64,000 bases of DNA from Gemmatimonadaceae bacterium (GTDB lineage Bacteria; Gemmatimonadota; Gemmatimonadetes; Gemmatimonadales; Gemmatimonadaceae): assembly GCA_045803545.1 (NCBI GenBank), contig JBJMOW010000002.1, forward strand, positions 448,001-512,000, read 5' to 3'. A model generated the notes under the pieces. It saw only the letters and a list, made by a program, of their open reading frames with translations, did no database searches and was not told the DNA's origin. Shown piece by piece: positions 1-11,471 of the stretch (its first letter is position 1; each line of letters opens with the position of its first letter). A program made the position numbers and the translations under genes.

Positions 1-1
1 G

Positions 2-931
2 AAGATGATCGCCAACAAGGTCCGCAGCGCCGGTCTGGCGGACATACTTGGCGCGACAGCGCGAGAAAACGTTCAGGGAGAGACCCAGCAGAAGCTCGAC
101 GTCCTCGCCAACGAGATCATCATCAAGGCCGTCGATCACGGTGGTCGCCTCTGTGCGATGGCGTCGGAAGAGGAGCCGGGGATCATCGACATTCCCACCG
201 GATTCCGGTGCGGCAAATACTGCCTCCTCTTCGATCCGTTGGACGGTTCGTCCAACATCGATGTGAACGTGCCCGTCGGTACCATTTTCTCCGTGCTGAA
301 GAAGATCACGCGCGGCAGTCGCGGCGAGCTGGAAGACATGCTCCAGCCGGGCCGCCGCCAGGTCGCCGCAGGCTACGTGATCTACGGGTCAAGCACGATG
401 CTGGTCTACACGACTGGCCAGGGTGCGCACGGCTTTACGCTCGATCCGTCGCTGGGTGAGTTCCTGCTTTCGCATCCCAACATTCGCACGCCCGACGCGG
501 GTCGATACCTGTCCGTGAACGATTCTTACTACAGCCAGTGGGAGCCTGAAGTGCAGGGCTTGATGAATTACTACCGCGGCCAGGATGGTAATCGGCAACC
601 GATGAATACGCGGTACGTGGGCTCACTGGTCGCCGATTTCCATCGCAACCTGCTCGGAGGCGGATTGTTTGCCTATCCCGCAAATCGAAAGAACAAGCGG
701 GGCAAACTGAGACTGCTCTATGAAGCCAGCCCGTTGGCGTTCATCGTCGAACAAGCCGGTGGCGCGGCCTCAGACGGCCAGCAACGTGTTCTCGACATCC
801 ACCCAACCGAACTGCATCAGCGCACACCTCTGTTCATCGGCAGCACCAACGACGTCGACGCCGCCACGTCCATGCTGGGCGGTCACAAGCCATCCGAATC
901 ACTTTCGCCGGTCGGATCGGTAGGAGCGTGA
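2..931 (+). CDS. fbp: class 1 fructose-1,6-bisphosphatase (5' end outside window)
   Basis: Motifs [27 protein letters not shown] and GKLRLLYE; frame is open from the window edge. Confidence 0.95.
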   Translation, partial: KMIANKVRSAGLADILGATARENVQGETQQKLDVLANEIIIKAVDHGGRLCAMASEEEPGIIDIPTGFRCGKYCLLFDPLDGSSNIDVNVPVGTIFSVLKKITRGSRGELEDMLQPGRRQVAAGYVIYGSSTMLVYTTGQGAHGFTLDPSLGEFLLSHPNIRTPDAGRYLSVNDSYYSQWEPEVQGLMNYYRGQDGNRQPMNTRYVGSLVADFHRNLLGGGLFAYPANRKNKRGKLRLLYEASPLAFIVEQAGGAASDGQQRVLDIHPTELHQRTPLFIGSTNDVDAATSMLGGHKPSESLSPVGSVGA

Positions 932-959
932 CGGGTCGCCGGCAGGGCGGCCGGCGCTC

Positions 960-2555
960 GTGAAGAAACGAGATTCCGGCGGGAAACTCTCGCCGTCCGG
1001 CATTCCGATCGAGAACGTCTATCGCCCTGAGAACGCTGCAGTCGAGTACGCGTCGGACCTGGGCGATCCCGGAAAGTGGCCGTACACCCGCGGCGTTCAG
1101 CCAACCATGTATCGCGGACGCTTGTGGACGATGCGCCAGTACGCGGGCTTCGGAAGCGCCAGAACCACCAACGAGCGATTCAAGCTTCTGCTGGATGCCG
1201 GTCAAAGCGGCCTTTCCGTTGCCTTTGATCTCCCGACGCAGATGGGGCTCGATTCCGATTCGCCTCGTTCGCTCGGCGAAGTTGGCAGAGCGGGAGTCGC
1301 GATCGACAGCGTCGAGGACATGCACGTTCTCCTCGACGGAATTCCGCTCGACAAGGTGTCGACTTCGATGACGATCAACGCTACAGCTGCGACCTTGCTG
1401 GCGATGTACATCGTTGTCGCCGAAGAACGCGGGCTTTGGCGCAACAAGATCAGCGGGACGATCCAGAATGATATTCTGAAAGAGTACATCGCGCGGGGGA
1501 CTTACATCTATCCGCCCGAGCCGAGCCTCGCGCTGATTGCGGAAGTATTCCGCTTTTGCGCCGACGAGGTGCCGAACTGGAATCCAATCTCCATTTCGGG
1601 ATATCACATTCGCGAAGCTGGTGCGACGGCCGTCCAGGAGCTCGCGTTCACGCTCGCCAATACCATTGAATACGTATCACGCGCGATTGGGGCGGGTTTG
1701 GCGGTCGACACGTTTGCACCGCGACTGTCGTTTTTCTTCGCCGCTCACAGTGACCTGCTGGAAGAGGTGGCCAAGTTCCGAGCGGCGCGCCGACTGTACG
1801 CGCGCATCATGCGCGATCGATTTCACGCTTCCGATGCGAGCGCTCGGCTCCGCTTTCACACCCAGACGGGGGGCGTCACTCTAACGGCGCAGCAGCCGCT
1901 GAACAATGTCGTGCGCGTTACCGTGCAATCGCTTGCGGCGACGCTTGGCGGGACTCAGTCCCTGCACACGAACGGATACGACGAAGCCCTGGCGCTACCG
2001 ACCGCTGAAGCGGCGACTCTGGCGCTCCGCACCCAACAGATCGTCGCACACGAGTCAGGTGTGGCGAATACCGCCGATCCACTGGCAGGCAGCTACTACG
2101 TCGAGAGCCTGACGAACGAGCTGGAGCTACGCGCCACGGAGCTCATTCGCAAAGTCGATGAGATTGGCGGCTCCGAGCAGGCGATCGCGACTGGATTTTT
2201 CCAGGAGGAGATCGCGCGCAGCGCCTATGAGCATCAGATGCGTGTCGAAGCGGGCGAAACCGTCATCGTCGGCGTCAATAGGTTTGTCGACGAGGCAGGA
2301 TCGCCGTCTGTACACGCACCCGACTACTCAAAACTCGAGAAAGCGCAGATCAAGGCGGTAAAAGCGGTCCGCAAGAAGCGAGATGCTGCGGCTGTAAAGA
2401 AAGGTCTCGCCGCTCTAAAGGAGGCGTCGCGAGATCCCGCGCAACCGTTGCACCTGATGCCGCTCATCATCGACGCGGTGCGCGCGCGCTCGACGGTTGG
2501 TGAAATCGCGGAGACTCTTGCCTCCAACTGGGGTTATTACCGGCCGACTGCATAG
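960..2555 (+). CDS. methylmalonyl-CoA mutase family, large (substrate-binding) subunit without B12-binding domain
   Basis: [42 protein letters not shown]; no DxHxxG domain. Confidence 0.92.
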   Translation: MKKRDSGGKLSPSGIPIENVYRPENAAVEYASDLGDPGKWPYTRGVQPTMYRGRLWTMRQYAGFGSARTTNERFKLLLDAGQSGLSVAFDLPTQMGLDSDSPRSLGEVGRAGVAIDSVEDMHVLLDGIPLDKVSTSMTINATAATLLAMYIVVAEERGLWRNKISGTIQNDILKEYIARGTYIYPPEPSLALIAEVFRFCADEVPNWNPISISGYHIREAGATAVQELAFTLANTIEYVSRAIGAGLAVDTFAPRLSFFFAAHSDLLEEVAKFRAARRLYARIMRDRFHASDASARLRFHTQTGGVTLTAQQPLNNVVRVTVQSLAATLGGTQSLHTNGYDEALALPTAEAATLALRTQQIVAHESGVANTADPLAGSYYVESLTNELELRATELIRKVDEIGGSEQAIATGFFQEEIARSAYEHQMRVEAGETVIVGVNRFVDEAGSPSVHAPDYSKLEKAQIKAVKAVRKKRDAAAVKKGLAALKEASRDPAQPLHLMPLIIDAVRARSTVGEIAETLASNWGYYRPTA

Positions 2556-2616
2556 TGCACGCGAAGCTTGAGACGCACTTTGGTGCAAACTAGCTTTCGT
2601 AAGCGATAACGACGAA

Positions 2617-2973
2617 ATGCCTACCTACGAGTTCCGTTGTCCCGACGGACACGACTTCGAAAAATTCTACCGATCCATAAGCGGCGCACCGACCGAGGTT
2701 GCGTGCCCCGTTTGCGGTAAGGTTGCCGAGCGCCAAATGTCGGGCGGAGGCGGGCTCGTCTTCAAAGGTTCGGGTTTCTACATCACCGACTACGGCAAGG
2801 ACGGCAAGAAGCCGCAGACTCCGCCCCCGGGTAGTGGTGATAAATCCAAAGGCAGCAGCGAAGCCTCAGCACCTAAGTCCGACAGCGCGGAGTCGCCGAA
2901 GAGCGACACCAAACCTGCCGAAGCCAAACCGGCTACCGGCGACAAATCCAAGGGATCGAAAGCCAGCGAATGA
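2617..2973 (+). CDS. FmdB family zinc-ribbon protein with low-complexity tail
   Basis: MPTYEFRC..GH, CPVCG, FKGSGFYITDY. Confidence 0.9.
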   Translation: MPTYEFRCPDGHDFEKFYRSISGAPTEVACPVCGKVAERQMSGGGGLVFKGSGFYITDYGKDGKKPQTPPPGSGDKSKGSSEASAPKSDSAESPKSDTKPAEAKPATGDKSKGSKASE

Positions 2974-4592
2974 CCGCAGCTGAGCAAATTCGCGCCGAGC
3001 TGATTCGCGCGGCGCGTGAAATGGGCGCGCCTGCGGACGTCGAGCCGGTGCTCGAGCGGCCGCGTGAGTCATCACACGGCGATTGGGCGACCAACCTCGC
3101 AATGGTGCTCGCCAAGCCGTTGCACTTGAAGCCGCGAGACATCGCAGAGCGTTTGCGCGGCGCTCTGAATCTCGGCGCCGCCGGTGTCGCTCGCATCGAC
3201 ATCGCGGGCCCGGGCTTCATGAATTTCTGGATCGATGCCGGCCGCACTGCTTCTGGTCTCCGCGATATCGTGCGCGCAAACGAAGCGTACGGTCACAACA
3301 ACAGTGGCGGTGGACACGTCGTCAACGTCGAGTTCGTCTCGGCGAATCCGACGGGACCATTGCACGTTGGCCACGGACGTCAGGCCGCGCTCGGCGATGC
3401 GATCGCAACTCTGCTCGAAGTCACCGGCTGGAAGGTTACGCGAGAGTACTACTACAACGATGCCGGAGTGCAAATCGACAACCTGGCGGCCAGTGTGCAG
3501 GCGCGGGTCGATGAGCTACACGGCAAGCCGCTGGAAATCCCCGAAGGTGGGTATCACGGTGAGTACATCCGCGAAATCGCCGAGCGTTATCTGAGTGAAG
3601 GAACGGGCATGTCGGTGCGCGAGTTCGCGATTCGAGAGCTGCGCAAGGAGCAGGATCTCGACTTGCAGGCCTTTGGCGTACGGTTCGATCATTACTTCCT
3701 GGAGTCGTCGCTGTACACCGACGGCATGGTGGAGAACACCGTGCGCCAGCTCGTGAGCTCAGGGAAGACATACGAGAATGAAGGCGCGCTCTGGCTGCGT
3801 ACGACCGAGTTCGGCGACGATAAGGATCGCGTCATGCGCAAGCGTGACGGGACCTACACCTACTTCCTTCCCGATGTCGCTTATCATGTCACGAAATGGC
3901 GTCGCGGCTTCCATCGCGCCATCGACGTCCAGGGAGCCGACCATCACAGCACTGTCACTCGCGTTCGCGCTGGATTGCAGGCGCTGAACATGGGCGTGAC
4001 CGAGGATTATCCGGAGTACGTGCTCCATCAGATGGTGACGGTCATGAAGCACGGCGAGGAAATAAAGATCTCGAAGCGCGCCGGAAGCTACGTCACCGTG
4101 CGCGATCTGATCAACGAAGTTGGTCGCGATGCCGTGCGCTACTTCTTTCTGATGCGGAAAAGTGATTCGCAGCTGATCTTCAACGTCGATCTGGCGGCGT
4201 CGCAGTCGGAGGAGAACCCGGTTTATTACATCCAGATGGGCCACGCACGGATGTGCGGCATCTTCCGCGTCGGCGGCATCGAACCGGAATCCATTTCGGT
4301 CGACGACGTCGATTTTGGCGTACTGGCGGAACCGGAGGAGAAGGAGCTGGTCAAGGCGCTGCTCGATTTTCCCGCTCTCGTTGCCGGCGCGGCCGAAGCG
4401 CTGGAGCCACATCGCATCGCCAATTATTTGCTCGAGACCGCCCGGCTCGCGCACCTGTGGTACCACAAGCATCACGTGCTCGAGCAACCGGAGGAGATCA
4501 CGCGGGCCCGCCTGGTGCTCGCGCGCAGCGCTCAGATAGTCCTCCGCAACGGTCTGACTATCCTCGGTGTGACCGCGCCGGAGCGGATGTAG
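2970..4592 (+). CDS. argS: arginyl-tRNA synthetase
   Basis: VEFVSANPTGPLHVGH (HIGH motif), KISKR, ENPVYYIQ, C-terminal APERM. Confidence 0.97.
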   Translation: MTAAEQIRAELIRAAREMGAPADVEPVLERPRESSHGDWATNLAMVLAKPLHLKPRDIAERLRGALNLGAAGVARIDIAGPGFMNFWIDAGRTASGLRDIVRANEAYGHNNSGGGHVVNVEFVSANPTGPLHVGHGRQAALGDAIATLLEVTGWKVTREYYYNDAGVQIDNLAASVQARVDELHGKPLEIPEGGYHGEYIREIAERYLSEGTGMSVREFAIRELRKEQDLDLQAFGVRFDHYFLESSLYTDGMVENTVRQLVSSGKTYENEGALWLRTTEFGDDKDRVMRKRDGTYTYFLPDVAYHVTKWRRGFHRAIDVQGADHHSTVTRVRAGLQALNMGVTEDYPEYVLHQMVTVMKHGEEIKISKRAGSYVTVRDLINEVGRDAVRYFFLMRKSDSQLIFNVDLAASQSEENPVYYIQMGHARMCGIFRVGGIEPESISVDDVDFGVLAEPEEKELVKALLDFPALVAGAAEALEPHRIANYLLETARLAHLWYHKHHVLEQPEEITRARLVLARSAQIVLRNGLTILGVTAPERM

Positions 4593-4650
4593 TTGCCCAC
4601 GTCTCTGGGGCGGTTACCATTACTTCGACTCAACCCACAACTCTGATCAG

Positions 4651-5568
4651 ATGTCCGTACTGGTTGTCGGCTCTGTTGCGCTCGATTCAGTAGAGACGCC
4701 GTTCGGCAAAGCCGACGACGTGCTCGGCGGTTCAGCCAACTTCTTTTCAGCTTCGGCTAGTCTTCTCACCAAGGTGAGCGTCGTCGGAGTCATCGGCTCT
4801 GATTACCCGGTGGAGAAGTTGGAGCCGCTCAGAAAGCGTGGCGTCGACTACAGCGGTCTGGAGAAAGCGGAGGGACAATCATTCCGGTGGCGTGGGCGTT
4901 ATCGCCACGATCTGAATTCGGCGGAGACCCTTGAGACCCACCTCGGTGTATTCTCGCACTTCAGTCCGAAAATCCCGGACAAGCTCCGCGATTCGCCGTT
5001 CGTGTTCCTCGCCAACATCGATCCGCGCCTCCAGCTGGATGTGCTGGAACAGGTCAAGAAACCGAAGCTCGTGGCCTGCGATACGATGAATTTCTGGATC
5101 CAGAGCAGGCGTCCCGATTTGCTCAAGCTGCTCTCTCGAGTGGATCTCGTCACGCTCAACGATGCCGAGGCGCGGCAGCTGACCGAGAAATTCAATCTCG
5201 TGCAGGCGGCGCAGTGGATCATGGCGATGGGCCCGCGTCACGTCATCATCAAGAAGGGTGAACACGGCGCGTTCATGTTCACTCAGAACTCGATCTTTTT
5301 CGCGCCGGCCTTTCCGCTGGAGAGCGTATTCGATCCGACCGGCGCCGGTGATTCATTCGCAGGTGGATTCATCGGTTACCTGTCAGAGACCGGTGATCTG
5401 AGCGAAGCCAACATGCGCCGCGCGGTCATCTATGGCTCCGTGATGGGATCGTTTGCAGTCGAGAAATTCTCCATTGAGCGTCTACTCACTCTGACCCGCG
5501 CTGAAATCGATCAACGGGTGCGCGACATGCGCCGGCTCGTGACGTTCGAGGAGGAGCTTCCCGCGTGA
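4651..5568 (+). CDS. PfkB family carbohydrate/nucleoside kinase
   Basis: VGSVALD, LGGSA, DPTGAGDSFAGG. Confidence 0.92.
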   Translation: MSVLVVGSVALDSVETPFGKADDVLGGSANFFSASASLLTKVSVVGVIGSDYPVEKLEPLRKRGVDYSGLEKAEGQSFRWRGRYRHDLNSAETLETHLGVFSHFSPKIPDKLRDSPFVFLANIDPRLQLDVLEQVKKPKLVACDTMNFWIQSRRPDLLKLLSRVDLVTLNDAEARQLTEKFNLVQAAQWIMAMGPRHVIIKKGEHGAFMFTQNSIFFAPAFPLESVFDPTGAGDSFAGGFIGYLSETGDLSEANMRRAVIYGSVMGSFAVEKFSIERLLTLTRAEIDQRVRDMRRLVTFEEELPA

Positions 5569-6593
5569 GCGACGACGCGCTTCGTTACGGAAGCGCCGGG
5601 GTCGACATCGACGTCTCGAATGCGGCCAAGCGAGGCATTCGACAACTGGTCGAATCGACGTTTACGACTGGAGTCGTGGGAGGCTTTGGCGGATTCGGAG
5701 GCATGTTCAGACTCCCCTCCGGGCTCGACAAACCCGTGCTCGTATCGAGCGCTGATGGCGTCGGCACTAAAATCAAAGTTGCGATCGATGCGAATCGACA
5801 CGGCACCATCGGACGCGATCTCGTCAACCATTGCGTCAACGACATTCTCGTCCAGGGTGCGCTGCCGGCGTTCTTTTTGGACTATGTAGCATTCGGTAAG
5901 CTGGTTCCCGCAGTCGCCGAAGCGGTCGTGGCCGGCATTGCAGCCGGCTGTCGCGAGAATGGTTGTGCCCTCGTAGGCGGGGAAACGGCTGAAATGCCCG
6001 GCTTGTACACGCCTCCGGATTACGACCTCGCCGGCTTCATCGTCGGATATGTGGAAGAGGATGCGATTCTAGGTGCAAGTCGAGTAAGAGCCGATGACGT
6101 GCTGATCGGACTTCCGAGCTCGGGATTGCACACCAACGGTTACTCGCTGGCGCGGAAAATCGTAGCTGATCGACTGAAGCTGCGAGTCACCGATGCTTTT
6201 CCGGGCGGTGGTGGTACGGTCGCCGATGTGTTGCTCGCAGAGCATAAGTCGTATCTGCCCGCGTTGAAGCCGGTCCTCGACCGGATTCACGCAATGGCCC
6301 ATATCACGGGCGGTGGCTTGGTCGAGAACCTCGATCGCGCTCTGCCGCCTGATCTGGACGCAGTGATCGACACGGGAAGCTGGAGGGTTCCGGGCGTATT
6401 CGGGGTCCTAATGGAAGCAGGAAAGGTTGAACGATCCGAGATGTATCGGACGTTCAACATGGGTGTAGGAATGGTGGTCATGTGCGCGCCGACTGATGTC
6501 AAATCTGTGTTGTCGGCGGCGGAGCAAGCGGGTGTCAAAGGTTGGCGCGTCGGATCACTCCAACCGGGCTCGGGCTCCGTAATACTCAATTGA
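5565..6593 (+). CDS. purM: phosphoribosylaminoimidazole synthetase
   Basis: Y..AGVDI, DGVGTK, GGETAEMPG, HTNGYSL, HITGGG, TFNMGVG. Confidence 0.96.
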   Translation: MSDDALRYGSAGVDIDVSNAAKRGIRQLVESTFTTGVVGGFGGFGGMFRLPSGLDKPVLVSSADGVGTKIKVAIDANRHGTIGRDLVNHCVNDILVQGALPAFFLDYVAFGKLVPAVAEAVVAGIAAGCRENGCALVGGETAEMPGLYTPPDYDLAGFIVGYVEEDAILGASRVRADDVLIGLPSSGLHTNGYSLARKIVADRLKLRVTDAFPGGGGTVADVLLAEHKSYLPALKPVLDRIHAMAHITGGGLVENLDRALPPDLDAVIDTGSWRVPGVFGVLMEAGKVERSEMYRTFNMGVGMVVMCAPTDVKSVLSAAEQAGVKGWRVGSLQPGSGSVILN

Positions 6594-6605
6594 GGAACCA
6601 AATCG

Positions 6606-7631
6606 ATGCTGAATCGCTTGTTCGTTTCGTTTGCCGCAGTAACGCTTGCCGCGACTTCGGTCAGCGCGCAGGCAGTTGACGCTCAGCGCTGCCCGCCGGG
6701 CACGGTGAATGGTTTCGGTGTGGCCGATCAACAGCGTGCGTCGCAGGACGCATGTCAAAAGGCGATCGACTTGTTTCAATACATGGCTCCGCAGCTCGGC
6801 ACCATGATCGCCGGCGGTAACCCCACTCTCGGTCAAGGCAGCACGCTGGGCGGACTGGGCCATTTCTCCGCTGGCATCCGTGTGAATGTCTTGCAGGGAA
6901 GCCTGCCGCAAGTGCAGAACGTCACGCCAGCGGTTACCGGCGCGACCAGCACGCGCTTTGATACCAAAGACCAGTACCTGCCCATGCCCACTGCTGATCT
7001 CGCGATCGGCGTGTTCAAAGGGATTCCGCTGCCGTTGACGAATGTTGGCGGTGTCGATCTACTCGTCAGCGCGTCGTACGTGCCGGAGTTCGACAACAGC
7101 GGTGTGAGCGTGAAAGTTCCGAACGGATCGCTCAAGCTTGGCTACGGCGCCCGTGTTGGAATCATTCAGGAGTCGTTGCTGACGCCCGGCGTAGCGGTGA
7201 GCTATCTCGTGCGTGATTTGCCAACACTCAACATTGCGGGCAGCAACGGCGGCGACTCGTTGTACGTCAACAATCTCAGCCTCAAGACCAAGGCGTGGCG
7301 TCTAACGGCCAGCAAGAGCCTCGTGTTCTTCAGCCTTGCCGCCGGTGTTGGTCAGGACAAGTACGACGCGTCGACCGATGTAGGAGCACACGTTGCGGCA
7401 CGCGCAGTGCCCCCAACCTCCGCCGTGAACGCCACTCCGGTCTCGATTTCGCAGAACCTCACACGGACCAACATTTTCGGCGACCTGTCGATGAACCTTT
7501 TGCTTTTCAAGCTCAACGCCGAAATTGGACAGGTCTCCGGCGGTACGATCAACACTTACAACACCTTTAGTGGCAAACAACCAGCCGATTCAAGACTCTA
7601 CGGATCGGTCGGAGTTCGATTCGGATTCTAA
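6606..7631 (+). CDS. exported protein, probable outer-membrane beta-barrel
   Basis: Signal peptide (VSA-QA), amphipathic beta strands, C-terminal GVRFGF ending in Phe. Confidence 0.65.
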   Translation: MLNRLFVSFAAVTLAATSVSAQAVDAQRCPPGTVNGFGVADQQRASQDACQKAIDLFQYMAPQLGTMIAGGNPTLGQGSTLGGLGHFSAGIRVNVLQGSLPQVQNVTPAVTGATSTRFDTKDQYLPMPTADLAIGVFKGIPLPLTNVGGVDLLVSASYVPEFDNSGVSVKVPNGSLKLGYGARVGIIQESLLTPGVAVSYLVRDLPTLNIAGSNGGDSLYVNNLSLKTKAWRLTASKSLVFFSLAAGVGQDKYDASTDVGAHVAARAVPPTSAVNATPVSISQNLTRTNIFGDLSMNLLLFKLNAEIGQVSGGTINTYNTFSGKQPADSRLYGSVGVRFGF

Positions 7632-7653
7632 CGACGCCCGCGACGCGGAGTTC

Positions 7654-8712
7654 ATGCGTCGCGCGCTCGCCCTCGCCCTGCAAGGCTGGGGTCAAACAGC
7701 GCCGAACCCTATGGTCGGCGCTGTTGTCGTTCGCGACGGTGCGATTGTCGGCGAAGGACAACACGCGCGCTACGGCGATGCGCATGCCGAGGCGATTGCA
7801 CTAAGGGCTGCCGGCGACAAGGCGCGCGGCGCGACGATGTACGTGACGCTCGAGCCGTGCAATCATTACGGCAAACAGCCACCGTGCACTGAAGCGATTC
7901 TGGAGTCGCGAATCAAGCGCGTGGTCATCGCGAGTGCGGATCCGACTGCGCTCGCGGGCGGCGGTGCGCGCCATCTTTCCGACTATGGCGTCGAGATCAG
8001 GTTCGGCGTCGAAGAGGCGGCCGCCCTGGAATTGAACGCTCCATTCTTCTTTGCGGCAAAAGAGACGGGACGCCCGTGGGTTACACTCAAGCTCGCCCTT
8101 TCCCGCAACGGGAAGATGAACGATCCATCCGGAGAGCGCCGCTGGATTTCAAATGAACAATCGCGTGTGGAAGTGCACCGCCTTCGCGCCAACGTCGACG
8201 CGATCGCAGTCGGCATCGGTACCGTGCGCGCCGACAATCCAGAACTGACAGTCCGCGGCGCGGCGAAACCGCGAGTGGCTCCGATGCGCGTCATCTTCGA
8301 TCGCAACGCCGACACACCGCTACAGTCAAAGGTCGTTGCCACCGCGCGCGAGACTCCCACCATCGTCTTCGCCCATCGCCCTCCGGTTACTCGATTGGCC
8401 GCGCTCCATAACGCAGGCGTCGAGGTCTTCGAAGCCGAAGGTCTTCGACAGGCGCTCGAGGCCCTGCGCGGGTTTGACGTGCAGCACCTGTTCGTCGAGG
8501 GTGGTCCCACGCTCGCAGCAGCATTTCTGGAGCAAAAGCTGGTGGACCGACTGATTATCTTTCAGTCACCCACCGATCTCGACGACAGCGCAAGGAGCCC
8601 ATTTGCAAGCCTCAACGGTGACTACCGCGACTGGCTTTCACGTCTACCGGCTGTGCGACGAGTCGAGTTCGGCGAAGACGTAATGTCCACGTATGCGCTG
8701 AACGAGGCCTGA
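7654..8712 (+). CDS. ribD: riboflavin biosynthesis deaminase/reductase
   Basis: PNPMVGAV, HAE, TLEPC..PPC, VEGG; start placed at ATG 7654. Confidence 0.95.
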   Translation: MRRALALALQGWGQTAPNPMVGAVVVRDGAIVGEGQHARYGDAHAEAIALRAAGDKARGATMYVTLEPCNHYGKQPPCTEAILESRIKRVVIASADPTALAGGGARHLSDYGVEIRFGVEEAAALELNAPFFFAAKETGRPWVTLKLALSRNGKMNDPSGERRWISNEQSRVEVHRLRANVDAIAVGIGTVRADNPELTVRGAAKPRVAPMRVIFDRNADTPLQSKVVATARETPTIVFAHRPPVTRLAALHNAGVEVFEAEGLRQALEALRGFDVQHLFVEGGPTLAAAFLEQKLVDRLIIFQSPTDLDDSARSPFASLNGDYRDWLSRLPAVRRVEFGEDVMSTYALNEA

Positions 8713-9348
8713 TTGTTCACCGGACTGATCGAGCAGGTTGGAGAAGTAGTTAGCGTTCGGCAGACTGATGCCGGTCGCGAGCTGCGCATCCGCTCGCCGT
8801 ATTCCGATCTGGCTGAGGGGGAGAGCATTGCCGTCAACGGCGCCTGCCTCACTGTGCGCGAGCATGGCGACGATTGGTTCATAACTGCGGCCGTGACAAC
8901 GACCCTCGAGCGCACCACTATCGGAGACTGGAAGCAAGGCACACGAGTCAATCTCGAGCGTTCTCTGCGCGCATCCGATCGGCTCGGCGGCCACATCGTC
9001 CAGGGGCACGTCGATTTCGTCGCGCGTGTAACCGCGGTGGATCGCGCGGGCGATGCGCTGCTGATCGATCTCGATATTCCGCGCGGCTTCGAACCCTTGT
9101 TCGTGCTGCACGGGTCGGTCGCCGTCGATGGTGTCAGTCTTACGGTCAACGAGCTAGTGCCGCACGGATTACAACTGTCTTTGATCGAATACACCCTGCG
9201 GCGCACAACGCTGGGTGACCTTGCACCGGGTGCCCGGGTCCACGTAGAGGCAGACATTGTCGCGAAACACGTGCGCAGATTGCTCGAACCCTTTCTGGCC
9301 GAGCGGTCGCCGCTAGATTCACTGAACAACTTCTCGCTGGAGCACTGA
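8713..9348 (+). CDS. ribE: riboflavin synthase (alpha chain)
   Basis: MFTGLIE N-terminus (TTG start), NGACLTV, GGHIVQGHVD. Confidence 0.95.
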   Translation: MFTGLIEQVGEVVSVRQTDAGRELRIRSPYSDLAEGESIAVNGACLTVREHGDDWFITAAVTTTLERTTIGDWKQGTRVNLERSLRASDRLGGHIVQGHVDFVARVTAVDRAGDALLIDLDIPRGFEPLFVLHGSVAVDGVSLTVNELVPHGLQLSLIEYTLRRTTLGDLAPGARVHVEADIVAKHVRRLLEPFLAERSPLDSLNNFSLEH

Positions 9349-9355
9349 AGCAGTT

Positions 9356-10561
9356 ATGAAGTTTGGCACCGTTGAACAGGCGATCGCCGACATGAAAGCC
9401 GGCAAGATGATCATCGTCGCAGATGACGAGGACCGCGAAAACGAGGGCGACCTCATTTGCGCTGCGGAGCTCGTCACGCCGGAGTTGATCAACTTCATGA
9501 TCCGGAAGGCAGGTGGTTGGATCTGCCTCGCTTTGACAAATGGGCGCGCCGACCATCTGCAGCTCGATCCGCAGAGCGAGGTCAGCACCGACGAATACCG
9601 CACCGCGTTCACGATCAGCATCGATGCCGACGAGCGTTTCGGCGTCACGACCGGTGTCAGTGCGCAGGATCGTGCAAAGACGATTCGCGTAGCAGTCGAT
9701 CCCAAAGCTGTGCCTTCGGATCTACGTCGCCCCGGACACGTTCCTCCACTGCGCGCGCGGGATGGGGGCGTGTTGCAGCGGGTGGGCCATACTGAAACGG
9801 CCGTCGATCTCGCCCGGCTCGCCGGGCTTACTCCAGCCGGCGTCATCTGTGAGATCCTCAACGAGGACGGTACCAGCGCTCGTCGTCCTCAGCTCGAAAA
9901 ATTCGCAGAGGAATACGGTCTCACCTTCATAACCGTCGCCCAGGTGGTCGCGCATCGACTTCAGACCGAGCGCCTGGTTCATCGAGTTGCGGAGGCGAGG
10001 CTGCCGACCGAGCTCGGCGCCTGGAAAGTCGTCGGGTATAGCAACGACGTCGACAAGCACGAGCACATCGCCCTCGTCTTTGGCGACGTCGGACCCGACG
10101 AGAGCATTCTCGTGCGCATGCACTCGAAGTGCCTTACCGGCGATGTGTTTCACTCGCTGCGCTGCGATTGTGGCTGGCAGCTCGATACCGCGATGAAGTT
10201 GATCGCCAAGGAAGGAAAGGGTGTGGTCGTCTATCTCGACCAGGAAGGACGCGGCATCGGCCTGCTCAACAAGCTCAAAGCCTACGAGCTGCAGGACGAC
10301 GGAATCGACACCGTTGAAGCCAACGAGCGACTTGGCTTCAAACCGGATCTCCGCAACTACGGTATCGGTGCGCAAATCCTCCTCGATCTTGGTCTGAAGA
10401 AGATTCGGCCCATCACCAACAACCCGCGCAAGCTGGTTGGACTCGAGGGTTACGGCCTCACGATCGACGAGCGTGTGCCGATCATTTCGATTGCGCACGA
10501 CGAAAACTCAAGCTACCTGGAAGCCAAGCGCGCAAAGCTCGGACACCTGTTCGCTTCCTAA
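9356..10561 (+). CDS. ribBA: bifunctional DHBP synthase / GTP cyclohydrolase II
   Basis: DDEDRENEGD, RVGHTE, RMHSKCLTGD, CDCG, QEGRGIGL. Confidence 0.96.
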   Translation: MKFGTVEQAIADMKAGKMIIVADDEDRENEGDLICAAELVTPELINFMIRKAGGWICLALTNGRADHLQLDPQSEVSTDEYRTAFTISIDADERFGVTTGVSAQDRAKTIRVAVDPKAVPSDLRRPGHVPPLRARDGGVLQRVGHTETAVDLARLAGLTPAGVICEILNEDGTSARRPQLEKFAEEYGLTFITVAQVVAHRLQTERLVHRVAEARLPTELGAWKVVGYSNDVDKHEHIALVFGDVGPDESILVRMHSKCLTGDVFHSLRCDCGWQLDTAMKLIAKEGKGVVVYLDQEGRGIGLLNKLKAYELQDDGIDTVEANERLGFKPDLRNYGIGAQILLDLGLKKIRPITNNPRKLVGLEGYGLTIDERVPIISIAHDENSSYLEAKRAKLGHLFAS

Positions 10562-10591
10562 ACCCGCTTCTCTCCTCCCGCCTCCCCGCAG

Positions 10592-11071
10592 ATGGCTGAG
10601 TTTCATGGTTCGCCTAGCGGCGTCGGACGACGGATGGTCGTACTCGCCAGCCGCTTCAACGAGCCCATCGTAAAGAAGCTCGTCGATGGCGCCCTCGAAG
10701 CGCTCGTCAAGCACGGAGTCGCGTTCGATGACATCGATGTCGTTTGGGTCCCGGGCGCGTGGGAGCTTCCCATTGCCGCGCGATGGCTGCTCGGCAGCGA
10801 GCGATATGACGGGCTGGTCGCCTGCGGCGCCGTCATTCGCGGAGAGACTGCACACTTCGATTACATCGCGGGAGAGGCGTCGCGTGGGCTCGCCGACGCC
10901 AGCGCGGATCTCGAAACTCCGATCGGCTTCGGCGTTTTGACCTGCGAAACCGATGAACAGGCTGAAGCTCGCGCCGGCGGTGAGCACGGCAACAAGGGAT
11001 TCGATGCGGCGGTTGCAACACTGGAAATGATGGATCTTCTGAACCGGTTGGACCCGGACGATGCGGATTGA
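10592..11071 (+). CDS. ribH: lumazine synthase
   Basis: SRFN, VPGAWELP, IRGETAHFD, NKG. Confidence 0.96.
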   Translation: MAEFHGSPSGVGRRMVVLASRFNEPIVKKLVDGALEALVKHGVAFDDIDVVWVPGAWELPIAARWLLGSERYDGLVACGAVIRGETAHFDYIAGEASRGLADASADLETPIGFGVLTCETDEQAEARAGGEHGNKGFDAAVATLEMMDLLNRLDPDDAD

Positions 11072-11471
11072 GTCGCGCGCCCGCGCGCGCGCACTGCAGG
11101 CGCTTTACGCGTGGGAGATGCGAGGCGAGCAAAATCTGGATCGTGTCGCCACGCAGGTTTGGGATGATCTGGCAGTAACTCCCGAAGAGCGTCGTATCGC
11201 GGGACTCCTCGTCCGGGAAGTGGTCAAGGCCGGCAGCGAGCTCGATTCGCGTCTTGCTGACGTCACCACCAATTGGCGACTCGAGCGCCTCGGCGCGATC
11301 GAGCGTTCGGTCCTCCGACTCGGCGCGGCAGAATTGCTCAAAGGCGAAACTCCGCCTCGCGTAGCCATCCAGGAGGCGGTGAGGCTCGCCGAGCGATTCG
11401 GCACATCGGCGAGCGCCAAGTTCGTCAACGGAGTCCTCGATGCCTTCGCCAGACAGGCCGGCATGATCTAG
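11061..11471 (+). CDS. nusB: transcription antitermination factor NusB
   Basis: RARARALQALY, NWRLERL, FVNGVLD; follows ribH. Confidence 0.94.
   Translation: MRIESRARARALQALYAWEMRGEQNLDRVATQVWDDLAVTPEERRIAGLLVREVVKAGSELDSRLADVTTNWRLERLGAIERSVLRLGAAELLKGETPPRVAIQEAVRLAERFGTSASAKFVNGVLDAFARQAGMI

Noticed and set aside
2815..2973. Lys/Ser/Pro-rich tail of the FmdB protein
   Set aside because: Low-complexity tails are common in this family
7525..7653. N-terminal extension of RibD
   Set aside because: Overlaps the upstream gene by over 100 bp; ATG 7654 gives a normal protein
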